64,000 nt of DNA, from IMG/VR virus record IMGVR_UViG_3300022562_001969, positions 1-64,000 of that record. One strand, given 5' to 3'. Both the position numbers and the translations under genes were made by a program. The stretch comes from a virus. This document shows positions 29,170-38,495 of the stretch, piece by piece (positions within the stretch are counted from its first letter, which is position 1; each line of letters starts with the position of its first letter). A model generated the notes under the pieces. The model saw only the letters and a list, made by a program, of their open reading frames with translations. It did no database searches and was not told the origin of the DNA.

Positions 29170-29661
29170 ATGAGAAAAATAATGCTCTTGGCATTAACTT
29201 TAATTATCTTGACAGGCTGCAATAGTAGCGTCAAAAACGCTAAAGCCGAAGCCATACGTCACCAGACTGACCGCGCAGACGATTGGCACATTGCCAGATT
29301 AGAGGAATCCGAGGCTTTAATGCCAGTCAGAATTATGGTCAAGGAAGTGCTTTGGTATACCGGTATGGTTAGCGGTATCCTTCTCCTTTTAGGTAGCGGC
29401 CTGGCCGGTGGCTGGTGGATGGTAGGCACATCAGTCAACAGGGTGAAATTTCACCGGGTCAGTCTGGATGTCCAGACAAGGCAGTATCCACTGTTGGTTT
29501 ATGGCAACGGCCGGCGGGTCTTCAACCCGAATACCGGCGAACGGCTATTGTTGGCCGAAAACAGTGAAGCGTCTTTGACCCGGATCGAGGCCAGTACAAA
29601 GGTACAACTGGCGGGGATGCTACCGGATCGGATGATAATAGATGATCCTCATCATCACTAA
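29170..29661 (+). CDS. putative lipoprotein
   Basis: Lipobox LTGC and one further TM segment. Confidence 0.65.
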   Translation: MRKIMLLALTLIILTGCNSSVKNAKAEAIRHQTDRADDWHIARLEESEALMPVRIMVKEVLWYTGMVSGILLLLGSGLAGGWWMVGTSVNRVKFHRVSLDVQTRQYPLLVYGNGRRVFNPNTGERLLLAENSEASLTRIEASTKVQLAGMLPDRMIIDDPHHH

Positions 29662-29836
29662 CCCCACCAGGCGCAGCCGGTCATCGAGCGGCAGATTATC
29701 ATGGTGGTGGGGCCGGGTCAGTCGCGGGGGGAGATGTGGCGGCAGTTAAGCGCGAGCTATGACGATAGACGACGGTAGACGATAGACGATAGACGGCCGG
29801 TGACCGTTTAGCTATCGTCCATCGTCCATCGTCGAA

Positions 29837-29852
29837 TGTTCGCGTGCGAACA
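29837..29852. promoter_or_regulatory. parS-like palindrome, copy 4
   Basis: TGTTCGCGTGCGAACA. Confidence 0.55.
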
Positions 29853-30125
29853 CTTACCTTAGATCTACTCTTCGCCGGTGGCGTAACCCAGTATCTGACC
29901 TATCGGCCGCCCGGTGACAATCTCCAGCAAAGTGTCAGTGTCATCCGGACCAACCTCATCAAATCGCCTCGCCAAATGCGATACAACCTGAAATACGGCT
30001 TCCTGGACGGCCAGGGCCTCGGCCGGGTCTATCTGGTCGGCCGGAGTGTTACCAGCACTCGGGCGGCCTGCCAATCAAATCCTTACCAGGTGGACGCGGA
30101 TGAGGGGAGTTTTATGGTTAGTGAG

Positions 30126-30533
30126 TCAAGGTTGTGAGGTAGGGTCTTGAGGACCTTGGATGATCATTTGTTCACCGCTCTCTGCTTCGGCCAGAGCGCG
30201 AAGCAACCGTTCCTGGAAACGCCGGCTATCTTCCTGGTCTACATCCGACTTTTTGAACATTTTTATATAAAACGCCTTGTAGGAACATTGCCAATGGCTA
30301 CCAACATAATAAACCCGGTGACGGCCAATTCTGATTTTGCGAACATTTTCCAAACCTGGCGGCATCCGCTTCAGCTTTTTATCGGAGGCGTCTAACGACC
30401 CCCTCCGCTCAGAGTTGGCCTCGTCGGCAAAACCAAAGAGCCTTTTTTCGATCATTGTCTTATCTCTGCTATTGGCGCGTTGAAGCTGGTCCAGTTGTTT
30501 ATCGACCGTCTTATTTATCGAGATCGAGCACAC
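30126..30533 (-). CDS. RelE-like toxin
   Basis: KKLK...VRKIRIGRHRVYY...FKKSD. Confidence 0.6.
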   Translation of the reverse strand: MCSISINKTVDKQLDQLQRANSRDKTMIEKRLFGFADEANSERRGSLDASDKKLKRMPPGLENVRKIRIGRHRVYYVGSHWQCSYKAFYIKMFKKSDVDQEDSRRFQERLLRALAEAESGEQMIIQGPQDPTSQP

Positions 30534-31017
30534 GATACGTCTCCTGATCTTTAAAGGCTTTTTCTAATTGGATCAGTAAGGTATCATCCCGGATCAGGCG
30601 CTCATCTTCTAACGCATCAAGATCGATCCCCCGGATATTGAATTGAGCCATCTTCCGCAAGAAAGAAATGGCGCTATTGATCTGGGCGAAGGATAGATTA
30701 GGGAATTCTCCCTGTAATTCGTCATAATCTATAAGGCCGTCCAGGGCCTCCACAAATTCGTAGAGGGAGACTGATTGCCCGTCGTTCCCGACCAATACCG
30801 GGAGAAATCCAAGGTCTGGGTTCAGGTGAATATAGCCGCCGGTGGCTTTATTCCACGCCTCAAAAGAACTAAGGACGCTTGTACGGGTAGTTAGTTTCAG
30901 GCTGTCCCTTAGAAACCGCTCAATCAGGTAATTTGTTTGGCCGGAGGGGCCACTATCCTGAACAATAAAAACAAGTCTGTTCTCAGCCTCGGTTGTTTTG
31001 ACAATAGGATCATTCAT
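30511..31017 (-). CDS. DUF433-like antitoxin
   Basis: NPDLGFLPVLVG...ELQGEFPNLSFAQINSAISF. Confidence 0.65.
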   Translation of the reverse strand: MNDPIVKTTEAENRLVFIVQDSGPSGQTNYLIERFLRDSLKLTTRTSVLSSFEAWNKATGGYIHLNPDLGFLPVLVGNDGQSVSLYEFVEALDGLIDYDELQGEFPNLSFAQINSAISFLRKMAQFNIRGIDLDALEDERLIRDDTLLIQLEKAFKDQETYRVLDLDK

Positions 31018-31339
31018 CAGCTGTTTGTCCTTCCAAAGCTTTACGCGCTTCAGGCGTTAATCGATTTTCCGGATTAGCCTCAATCTCTCCAAATAGTTGC
31101 TCATAGGCATTGAGGCTATTTGTTAAAGCATCGGCAACACGTTTGGCATGGGGGACGCTCAGATAAATTTTCGCCACGCCAACCGCCCCATCAGATTCTA
31201 CATTCTTCTTTAAGCCAAAGTGCAAGACAATTTCTTCGGCGGTCACTTTTATTTCCATCAGGTCCGAGTAACACACCTTTTGATCAGGCGCATCAAGGAT
31301 TTTTTCTTTCCTTTTCGCCACTTTGTCATCATCGGCCAT
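31010..31339 (-). CDS. DUF3467-like small protein
   Basis: YSD...EIVLHFG...AKIYLSVPHAKRVADAL...YEQLFGEI. Confidence 0.7.
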   Translation of the reverse strand: MADDDKVAKRKEKILDAPDQKVCYSDLMEIKVTAEEIVLHFGLKKNVESDGAVGVAKIYLSVPHAKRVADALTNSLNAYEQLFGEIEANPENRLTPEARKALEGQTADE

Positions 31340-31431
31340 TATGGTCCTCCAAACTGGACTGTATTTTGTTCTGTTTATAACTATACTATAGCCGATCATT
31401 ATCTGGCAAAAACGATAAATCTTTCGTCGAA

Positions 31432-31447
31432 TGTTCGCACGCGAACA
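31432..31447. promoter_or_regulatory. parS-like palindrome, copy 5
   Basis: TGTTCGCACGCGAACA. Confidence 0.55.
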
Positions 31448-31549
31448 TTGACGATGGACGATTGACGACCGCTGTCTTTTAGTTGTGGCTGGTTTGGTGT
31501 CGGGTGGCTCTTTGGCAGTTTGGACGATGGACGATGGACGACCGCCGGT

Positions 31550-33199
31550 TTATATCTCCAACCGCCCTTGTGTTGGCCCTGCTCTTTCTTCTCTTTGGGC
31601 TTGTTTGAAGGTTCCATAGGCGGGCGGCATTTGTACACTTGCCCCCCCTAACAACGCCTCAATGGTAAGTATCTGAATTTTAGGGTATTTTTGGCCCCAG
31701 GCTACAGCCTCATAAAAACCGGCTGACACCGCCTCCTGGATCATCGGCTGCGTTGGTTCTTCCAGGGTGATAAAAACGCCGATAGCCGCCTTTTCCCGTT
31801 CAACCGTCCCAACCAGATCACGAATATCCCGGCTTGACACCTTGCCGCTCTTGACTTGCGCTAAAACCCGCTTAGGTTTGCCTTTTGCCGTATCAATAAA
31901 GGTGATAACCCCATCGATCCCTTTATCCGCTCCTTTTTTGCCCTTTTTACTGCCCTGGGTCGCTTTGCCCGGTCTGGCCCTAACTAACGACAAGGCCCAC
32001 CATTCAAACTGAAAGCGGTCTTGTTCTGCCAGAAAACGAGCAGAGCCTATTGTTTCAGGCTCGCCCTTGACTTCAAACGTTGTGTCCGGAAAGGCTTCTT
32101 GTAGACGATATTTTTGCAAGGCAATAGATAAATGGGTGATGTCAATACCTATCCACTTTCGGCCTAGTTTTTCAGCGGCTACTATCGCAGTACCACAACC
32201 GCAAAATGGATCAAGGACTACATCACCAGGGTTGCTACTGGCTGAAATGATACGTTCTAGTAAAGGTAAAGGTTTTTGTGTAGGATAACCCAGACGTTCA
32301 GCATCAGAACTTTGCAAAGGATTTATATCAGCCCAAATGTTTGTAATAATTGTTCCTTTTTGTTCGTTCAAAAAACGTTTAAGCGCAGGACGTTTACTAA
32401 AATCATAGGAACCATCTTTGTGACGTGGATAATAAATGCGCCCTTCATCGTGTAACTTTTGCATGGTTTCAGGTTTATAACGCCAACCTTTAGCAGGATA
32501 CGGAAAGCCTAGCCATTCGTACATCATATTGGGTCTAGGATTTGGACTTGTCATATTATCCAAACGATATAAACCGCGTCCATTATTATCATCAAATCGG
32601 TAATTTTTTTGGATATATTCCAAATCATATGGTCCATATTGAACAATAAACAGGTTTTTTTTGGAACGTTTATAAAAAAGAATTATGTCAGCAATATCAG
32701 CAAATTTCGTCTTTGCGTCACTATGGGCTGACTGTCGTTTCCAAATAATTTCATTGCCAAAGTTCTCAGCCCCAAAAATAGTATCAAGGATGACCTTCAA
32801 ATAATGGCTTGCTGTTGGGTCACAATGCAGATATAAGCTACCAGTAGGGTTCAATACCCGATGAAGTTCAACCAATCGACTAGCCATCATAACCAAATAA
32901 GCCATCATTTGGTTAGCGCCAATAAAATCACGCATGGCCCCAATCATCTTACTTATATGATCTGGTGATTCTGTTATCAATTCGTGATAGGTTTCCTCAG
33001 CGGCCGCGTTCCAGTGCCAAGTATCATCAAAAGCCGTTATCTGCGCCTGGCTATCTTGCCCACTTTCATCTTTGAATAAGACATTATAGCTGCGCTTTGA
33101 GTTAAAGGGGGGGTCAAGATAGACTAAATCAATACTTTCATCTGCTATGTAATCACGTAGAATTTGAAGGTTATCGCCATAATAAAGGGTATTTTTCAT
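31550..33199 (-). CDS. N6-adenine/N4-cytosine DNA methyltransferase fused to an Mrr-like endonuclease domain
   Basis: DPPF, YPTQKP, DPFCGCGT; C-terminal DKGIDG...QVKSG. Confidence 0.9.
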   Translation of the reverse strand: MKNTLYYGDNLQILRDYIADESIDLVYLDPPFNSKRSYNVLFKDESGQDSQAQITAFDDTWHWNAAAEETYHELITESPDHISKMIGAMRDFIGANQMMAYLVMMASRLVELHRVLNPTGSLYLHCDPTASHYLKVILDTIFGAENFGNEIIWKRQSAHSDAKTKFADIADIILFYKRSKKNLFIVQYGPYDLEYIQKNYRFDDNNGRGLYRLDNMTSPNPRPNMMYEWLGFPYPAKGWRYKPETMQKLHDEGRIYYPRHKDGSYDFSKRPALKRFLNEQKGTIITNIWADINPLQSSDAERLGYPTQKPLPLLERIISASSNPGDVVLDPFCGCGTAIVAAEKLGRKWIGIDITHLSIALQKYRLQEAFPDTTFEVKGEPETIGSARFLAEQDRFQFEWWALSLVRARPGKATQGSKKGKKGADKGIDGVITFIDTAKGKPKRVLAQVKSGKVSSRDIRDLVGTVEREKAAIGVFITLEEPTQPMIQEAVSAGFYEAVAWGQKYPKIQILTIEALLGGASVQMPPAYGTFKQAQREERAGPTQGRLEI

Positions 33200-33575
33200 T
33201 GGTTGACCACCTGACCAGGCCAGGCTATAACAAATGGCAAGTGAACGGTTCACCATCATGCCCGTGGAGAATACCCTGATTTTATCCGAGTTTGGGATGA
33301 CAGGCAAAAAAGACGGTCGTCCATCGTCCATCGCCCATCGTCGGTTACTTGTTTTCAGGCCAAAAGGGTATATAATTGATTTAGCGACATTTTGGCTTGA
33401 TAGTCTGATCAAGATATAATAGTAAAAGAAGCTCCAACCTCTGACAGGCTATCTGTCCAAAGTGTCGCAACTTGAGAGGTCTGGGGCTTCTTTTTGGTGC
33501 TTCAGGATTTTCCGTGGGAACCACTATATCGCCATACAAGAAAAGTAAGCCAACTTTCAAAGATAGGTTCGCAAG

Positions 33576-35627
33576 ATGACTGAAAGCCGCCAACCTGGTA
33601 GGAATTTTAGGGATGAATTACTTAAGATTTTGTCAGGGATGACCGCTTTGGATGACCCTGACAACCGATATCGGCTATTGGACAAGTTGCCACTAGAGGC
33701 AGTAGCAACCATACGACGCAATTCTGCTAAGGGGACCGACCTATACAATATCGTTCAGGCTGCCGAAGGATGGGGACAATTGACCTCTGGAGAGTGGGCC
33801 TTGGTCGTTATCGCCCAAAACGCCCTATCTCTAGTTAAAGGAACCCACCCCGGTCGTCAGCTAGAGGCTCTTTTAGCTGAAAGGGTTATTCATCAGGCCA
33901 AGCCAGGCCGGCAGATCCCCCTTGATCTGCCAGCGCGAGAGGAGAATTTTATAGACCGTAAGGACGAACTGGTATCTCTACTCACCGAATTACAACCAGG
34001 ACGAGTAGTCACTTTGACTGGGCCGGGGGGCATGGGCAAGACTGCCCTGGCCGCGGAAGCCGTTGGCCAACTGGTGGTTGATCATAAGCCCCCTGAGCGT
34101 TTCCCGGATGGCATCTTCTTTCATAGCTTTTACAACCAACCCCAAGCCGGTTTAGCCCTGGAAAGTCTGGCCCTGGCCTTTGGCGAGGAAGCCAGGCCAA
34201 CGGCCCAGGTAGCGGCACAACGGGCGTTGAGCGGCCGGCAGGCCTTATTGGTGTTGGATGGCGCTGAAGATGCGGATGACTTGGCGGCCGTGTTAGCGGT
34301 GCGCGGGGGGTGTGGGGTTTTAATAACCAGCCGTAATCGGGGCGATGCGCCGGCCGTGTTGCAAGACCTGGCGCCCCTCAAACAGCAAGACGCCCTGGAC
34401 TTATTACAACGCTGGGCTGAAGCGCAGCTTGATGACCAGGCGGCGGCCATTGCCATCTGCGAACTGGTGGGGAGGCTGCCGCTGGCGGTGCGTCTGGTAG
34501 GGCGGTATCTGCGTGAGACCGGGGAGACGGCCAGCGAGTATCTAGCCTGGTTACAAGAAACCCCGTTAGAGGCCCTGAACCAGGGGCGGCGACGCGAAGA
34601 AAGTATACCTGTCTTACTTGAGCGCAGTCTAAAGCAGGTCAGTGAGGCGGCGCGGCAAGTGTTGGCGGTGGCCGGCCGGCTGGCGCTGGCCCCGCTGCAA
34701 CAAGAGGTGATGGGGGCCGCTTTGGCAGCCGAAGCGCGTGAGGTGAGACAGTGGTTAGGAGAATTGGTGCGCTATGGCTTGCTGAGCCGGGACAAAGGGC
34801 GTTATGCCATCAGTCACGCCCTCATTCACACCTACGCCAGTGAGCGGCTCAATGTGGCGGAGGAGATGGTCGAGCGGTTGGTGGCTTTCTATGTCGCTTT
34901 GGCTGAACACTTTAGCCAGCAAGGATTGGCAGGCTACCAGGCGCTTGATGGGGAGCGGCCTCACCTGCTGCGCTTGATTGCAGGCTGCGCGAAAGGAGAT
35001 GATTGGCTGGGGGTTCGCAAGCTGGTCTGGGCCATTGATGGTTATTTGTCAATTCAGGGTCACGCCAGCGAACGACAAACTGCCCTAGCGACAGGGCTAA
35101 CAGCCGCCCAACAACTGGGCGACCGCCAAGATGAAGGGGCATTTTTAGGCAGCCTGGGGACCGCCTACTACGACCAGGGGGAGCTGGACAAAGCCATCGC
35201 CCATTCTCAGCAAGCCCTGGTCATCCACCGCGAGATTGGCTACCGCCAGGGGGAGGCTGCTGTTTTAGGCTACCTGGGAACCGCCTACAGCATCCAGGGG
35301 GAGCTGGCCAAAGGCATCGACCATTATCAGCAAGCCCTGGTCATCCACCGCGAGATTGGCTACCGCCAGGGGGAGGCTTATAATTTAGGCATCCTGGGTC
35401 TCGCCTACCGCGCCCAGGGGGAGAGGGCCAAAGCCAGAGAATACTTAGCCCAGGCGCTCACTATTTTTGAGGCGATCAAATCGCCCCAGGCAGACGCAAT
35501 TCGTGAACAGTTGACTATGCTGACTATGTTAGGCCGCCTCCATATACTCTTAGCAATGTGTCAGGCCATCTACGAGAAAGGATTGATGAGGCAGCTTTTG
35601 CCGCTTTTCAAAAGGCTTATTCACTAA
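33576..35627 (+). CDS. NLR-like STAND protein: effector-associated-like N-domain, NB-ARC, TPR repeats
   Basis: GPGGMGKT, LLVLDGAE, LITSR, GRLPLAV; 40-aa TPR repeats. Confidence 0.88.
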   Translation: MTESRQPGRNFRDELLKILSGMTALDDPDNRYRLLDKLPLEAVATIRRNSAKGTDLYNIVQAAEGWGQLTSGEWALVVIAQNALSLVKGTHPGRQLEALLAERVIHQAKPGRQIPLDLPAREENFIDRKDELVSLLTELQPGRVVTLTGPGGMGKTALAAEAVGQLVVDHKPPERFPDGIFFHSFYNQPQAGLALESLALAFGEEARPTAQVAAQRALSGRQALLVLDGAEDADDLAAVLAVRGGCGVLITSRNRGDAPAVLQDLAPLKQQDALDLLQRWAEAQLDDQAAAIAICELVGRLPLAVRLVGRYLRETGETASEYLAWLQETPLEALNQGRRREESIPVLLERSLKQVSEAARQVLAVAGRLALAPLQQEVMGAALAAEAREVRQWLGELVRYGLLSRDKGRYAISHALIHTYASERLNVAEEMVERLVAFYVALAEHFSQQGLAGYQALDGERPHLLRLIAGCAKGDDWLGVRKLVWAIDGYLSIQGHASERQTALATGLTAAQQLGDRQDEGAFLGSLGTAYYDQGELDKAIAHSQQALVIHREIGYRQGEAAVLGYLGTAYSIQGELAKGIDHYQQALVIHREIGYRQGEAYNLGILGLAYRAQGERAKAREYLAQALTIFEAIKSPQADAIREQLTMLTMLGRLHILLAMCQAIYEKGLMRQLLPLFKRLIH

Positions 35628-35914
35628 AGACAATGCGTGAGGCAGCAACTCAGTTTCCGGCAATGACTGAGGAGACGTTTCGGGACGCTGTAAAGGCGTT
35701 CATAGATGAGCAAGTGCCAAAGAACTATATATTTTCGTTTAAGCAACGATTGATGTGGTTAGGTCAACTTCTTGATGAGTGGCCAGATGAACCAGTCTCA
35801 GGATCGTTAAAAAAGGAAACTTCCGCTGTGAGATCTATAATCAAGCCAAAATCGCTTAAAGAGCGGAAGAAGATTAAAGCGCAAAGGAAGTGGTGGCAGT
35901 TTTGGAAGAAATGA
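35558..35914 (+). CDS. hypothetical protein
   Basis: ORF ending KWWQFWKK. Confidence 0.5.
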   Translation: MSGHLRERIDEAAFAAFQKAYSLKTMREAATQFPAMTEETFRDAVKAFIDEQVPKNYIFSFKQRLMWLGQLLDEWPDEPVSGSLKKETSAVRSIIKPKSLKERKKIKAQRKWWQFWKK

Positions 35915-35929
35915 GGTTGATTTTTAGCT

Positions 35930-36128
35930 TTGGACGATGGACGACCGGCGGCGACTTAAGACTGCGGCCGCCCATCGTCCATCGTCCATCGTCGCCAAGG
36001 CGAAGCGACCACCGACGACACAACACCGCCGCCCATCGTCCATCGTCCATCGTCGCCAAGGCGAAGCGACCACCGACGACACAACACCGCCGCCCGCCGT
36101 CCATCGTCTATCGTCCATCGTCCGTCGT
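35930..36128. repeat. heptamer REP/STRR-like tract (GACGATG/CATCGTC)
   Basis: Also near 17.1, 26.1, 26.8, 29.8, 31.5, 33.3, 38.0-38.46 and 39.3 kb. Confidence 0.8.
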
Positions 36129-37049
36129 CAGCCCCCGGTACGCCCGGGCCCGGGCCTCATCCCGGCCGCGCAGATAGACCGAAGTCGTGGCGATGTCCGC
36201 ATGGCCCAATTGGTCGCGCACCTTGTCCAGGGAGACGCCGGCTTCGAGGGCCAGCAAAGCCGAGGTGTGGCGCAGGGCGTGAAAGTAAGCCCGGGGCAAG
36301 CCGGCCGCCCTGGCCCGGCGCTTGAACAGTTGGCTCACCCCGGAGGCGGTCAGGCCGGGCCCCGGGCGGCCCCAGCGCCAGGCCGGGAAGACATGAGCGG
36401 GCCGGTGGCCACCCTCGGCCAGATAACGTTGCCAGGCCCACAAATCCCCTTTGACCGCCAAATTAAAATAGACCACCCGCCCCCGGCGCGTCTTGGCCGT
36501 CTCCGCCGCCACCTCGGCGGCCAGCTCGGCCAGGCGCAGTTGCTCCCAGCGCAGGGCGGCCACTTCCCCGGCCCGGCAGCCGGTGACCAGGGCAAAATGG
36601 ACCAGGGCCAGGTCGCGCAGCTCACGCCCCTCGCCGGCGGCGGCCGCCCGGCGCAACTGGGCCAGCAGGCGCTCCACTTCGGCCCGGCTGAGGGCCACCG
36701 GCGGCAGGTGGGGCCGGGGCGGCAAGAGGCGCAATTGGGCAATTTGCCGGGTCGGGTTGCGGTTGGCCTCAATGATCTCTAATTGTTCCAAAAAGTTGAA
36801 AAATGCGCGCAGGTGGGTATAATAGGTGCGCACCGTCACCTCTCCACCGGCGGTGGAGTCTATCCAGCCCATTACCTGACCGGCCGTGACCGGCCAGGCC
36901 GGGCCGATGTAGTCGGCGAAGCGGCTTAAGATATTGGTGTAGTTCTGTAGCGTCTTCGGCCGCCACGAACGTCTCTTGAGAGTGATAAAACCTTTAATGT
37001 GCCCTCCCAGAATGGTATCCGGGAGGGACACAGAAGGCGGCGTAGCCAT
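36108..37049 (-). CDS. tyrosine recombinase/integrase 2 (paralog of 10531-11538)
   Basis: TGCRAGE, AKT, FHALRH, LGHADIATTSVY. Confidence 0.92.
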   Translation of the reverse strand: MATPPSVSLPDTILGGHIKGFITLKRRSWRPKTLQNYTNILSRFADYIGPAWPVTAGQVMGWIDSTAGGEVTVRTYYTHLRAFFNFLEQLEIIEANRNPTRQIAQLRLLPPRPHLPPVALSRAEVERLLAQLRRAAAAGEGRELRDLALVHFALVTGCRAGEVAALRWEQLRLAELAAEVAAETAKTRRGRVVYFNLAVKGDLWAWQRYLAEGGHRPAHVFPAWRWGRPGPGLTASGVSQLFKRRARAAGLPRAYFHALRHTSALLALEAGVSLDKVRDQLGHADIATTSVYLRGRDEARARAYRGLTTDDGR

Positions 37050-37071
37050 ACGATTGGAGGCTCCGGAGAGA

Positions 37072-37152
37072 CTTCGGAGTCAAAACCTTTAGGTTTTTCT
37101 TCGGAGTCGAAACCTTTAGGTTTTTCTTCGGAGTCAAAACCTTTAGGTTTTT
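37072..37152. repeat. 3 x 27-bp tandem repeat upstream of recombinase 2
   Basis: CTTCGGAGTC(A/G)AAACCTTTAGGTTTTT x3. Confidence 0.92.
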
Positions 37153-37222
37153 CAAGCCTGAAGGCTTGGACTCCTCTATTCCGGAGTCGAAACCGGTTCA
37201 CCCCCACGTCTGTGGGGAATAC
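37153..37222 (-). CRISPR. solitary type I-E-like repeat (37194-37222) plus 25-nt spacer-like segment and hairpin
   Basis: GTATTCCCCACAGACGTGGGGGTGAACCG, then GTTTCGACTCCGGAATAGAGGAGTC, then CAAGCC-TTCA-GGCTTG. Confidence 0.8.
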
Positions 37223-37335
37223 GGGCTCCGGTTAATGCCCAAACCTAAAGGCTTGGACTCCTTTGAGCCTTTGAGCCTTTGAGCCTAAAATAAAAACCTG
37301 ACCGGTTTTTGAAACCAGTCAGGTTTGTTACCTCG

Positions 37336-37728
37336 CTACGCCGCCGTGCGTTGCTGGTATTCCACCAGCATCTCGACCGGATCGCGGCCGGCCACGCGGC
37401 CCAGGGCCTCTTCCCAGTCGCCGCTGTGGAGGATGGCGTTGAGGGATTCGACGGCCTGCACCAGGGCCACCTCAAGGTCCAGCAGGGCGACGATGTCCAC
37501 CGCCCCACTCGCCTCTCTGGTAGGGTTGGCGGCGAAGTCAGTCAGGGCCGCAATGGCCTCGACCAGTCTCGCCAGCCCGGGCAACTCAGCGCCGGGGGCT
37601 ACTTCTGCTTCCGGCGCCAGCTCGCCCAACGCCAGGCTGGCCGCCAGCAGACCGGTTGCCGCCAGAAATCCGCGACGGTCTATTTGGTTGTTGGTTTGGG
37701 GGTGTGCTAAAATACGTTCAGTTCTCAT
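37336..37728 (-). CDS. small acidic protein with twin-arginine-like N-terminus (paralog of 8671-9048)
   Basis: DRRGFLAATGLLAA; GAGGAG RBS. Confidence 0.75.
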   Translation of the reverse strand: MRTERILAHPQTNNQIDRRGFLAATGLLAASLALGELAPEAEVAPGAELPGLARLVEAIAALTDFAANPTREASGAVDIVALLDLEVALVQAVESLNAILHSGDWEEALGRVAGRDPVEMLVEYQQRTAA

Positions 37729-37913
37729 GGTAAGCTCCTCTTACTGTGTGAATTAGGGCCGGTTTGATGTTTCAGCATCAGGCCGGCTCGTTCGTTTAAA
37801 GTTGACCACATTATATGCCCAAACTCAGCATTAGTCAAATCCGGCTCAGGATTTATTTTTTTACGACGCTTGCGGCTGGCCGCCGGGCGACGTATACTAA
37901 TAGTAGCTCTCAT
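37725..37913 (-). CDS. small basic peptide (62 aa)
   Basis: Strong RBS CACAGTAAGGAG, but the ORF overlaps the downstream promoter. Confidence 0.35.
   Translation of the reverse strand: MRATISIRRPAASRKRRKKINPEPDLTNAEFGHIMWSTLNERAGLMLKHQTGPNSHSKRSLP
37729..37838 (-). promoter_or_regulatory. repeated promoter/leader cassette, copy 3
   Basis: TTGACT-17-TATAAT, GGTCAA, hairpin nearly identical to copy 1. Confidence 0.75.
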
Positions 37914-37982
37914 GGTATCTCCTTACTGTGAGAGTATGGTTTCGCCTCGTTTTTTAGCCCGCGAGGCGAAGCCTGTTTTTTT

Positions 37983-38277
37983 GGACGATAGACGATGGAC
38001 GATGGACGGCGGGCGGCGGTTTGACGGGCGGCGGTCGTCCATCGTCGGTCGTCGCTTCGCCTTGACGACGATAGACGATGGACGGCGGTTTGACGGTCGT
38101 CGGTCGTCCATCGTCGGTCGTCACTTTGCCTTGGCGACGCTAGACGATAGACGATAGACCGCGGTTTGACGGTCGTCTATCGTCCATCGTCGGTCGTCAC
38201 TTCGCCTTGGCGACGCTAGACGATAGACGATGGATGGCTGTATGGCATCGTCGGTCGTCGGTCGTCGGTCGTCGTTC
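37983..38277. repeat. heptamer REP/STRR-like inverted tract
   Basis: GACGATAGACGATGGACG and its complement repeated. Confidence 0.8.
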
Positions 38278-38377
38278 CGCCAGGCGTCAACTTGTTTGGA
38301 TAGCATACCTCTACGTAGGTCTCCCGTTAGGTTTCCGTTTTGCCGGTTTGGTAAAACGGCCTTGCTGGGGGGGGATT

Positions 38378-38407
38378 ATCGTATCATAGGTGGGGGGGAT
38401 CTGTCAA
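38378..38407 (-). promoter_or_regulatory. sigma70 promoter
   Basis: TTGACA-18-TACGAT with TGn extended -10. Confidence 0.6.
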
Positions 38408-38495
38408 GCGGTTTTAAGCTTCGCGACGATGGACGATAGACGACCGGCGACTAACGACGACCGTCTCTTTTGTTTATTTGTTTATTTGTTTATTT

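Noticed and set aside
33200-33412. N-terminal extension of the methyltransferase ORF
   Set aside because: Runs through a REP tract; family-typical start is MKNTLYYGDNL at 33199
35140-35420. 120-bp direct repeats as a possible DGR template/variable pair
   Set aside because: In-frame TPR repeats; no reverse transcriptase in the window
35874-36782. ORFs rich in MDDGR/RPSSIV (also 37870-38439)
   Set aside because: Products of heptamer REP tracts or antisense to recombinase 2
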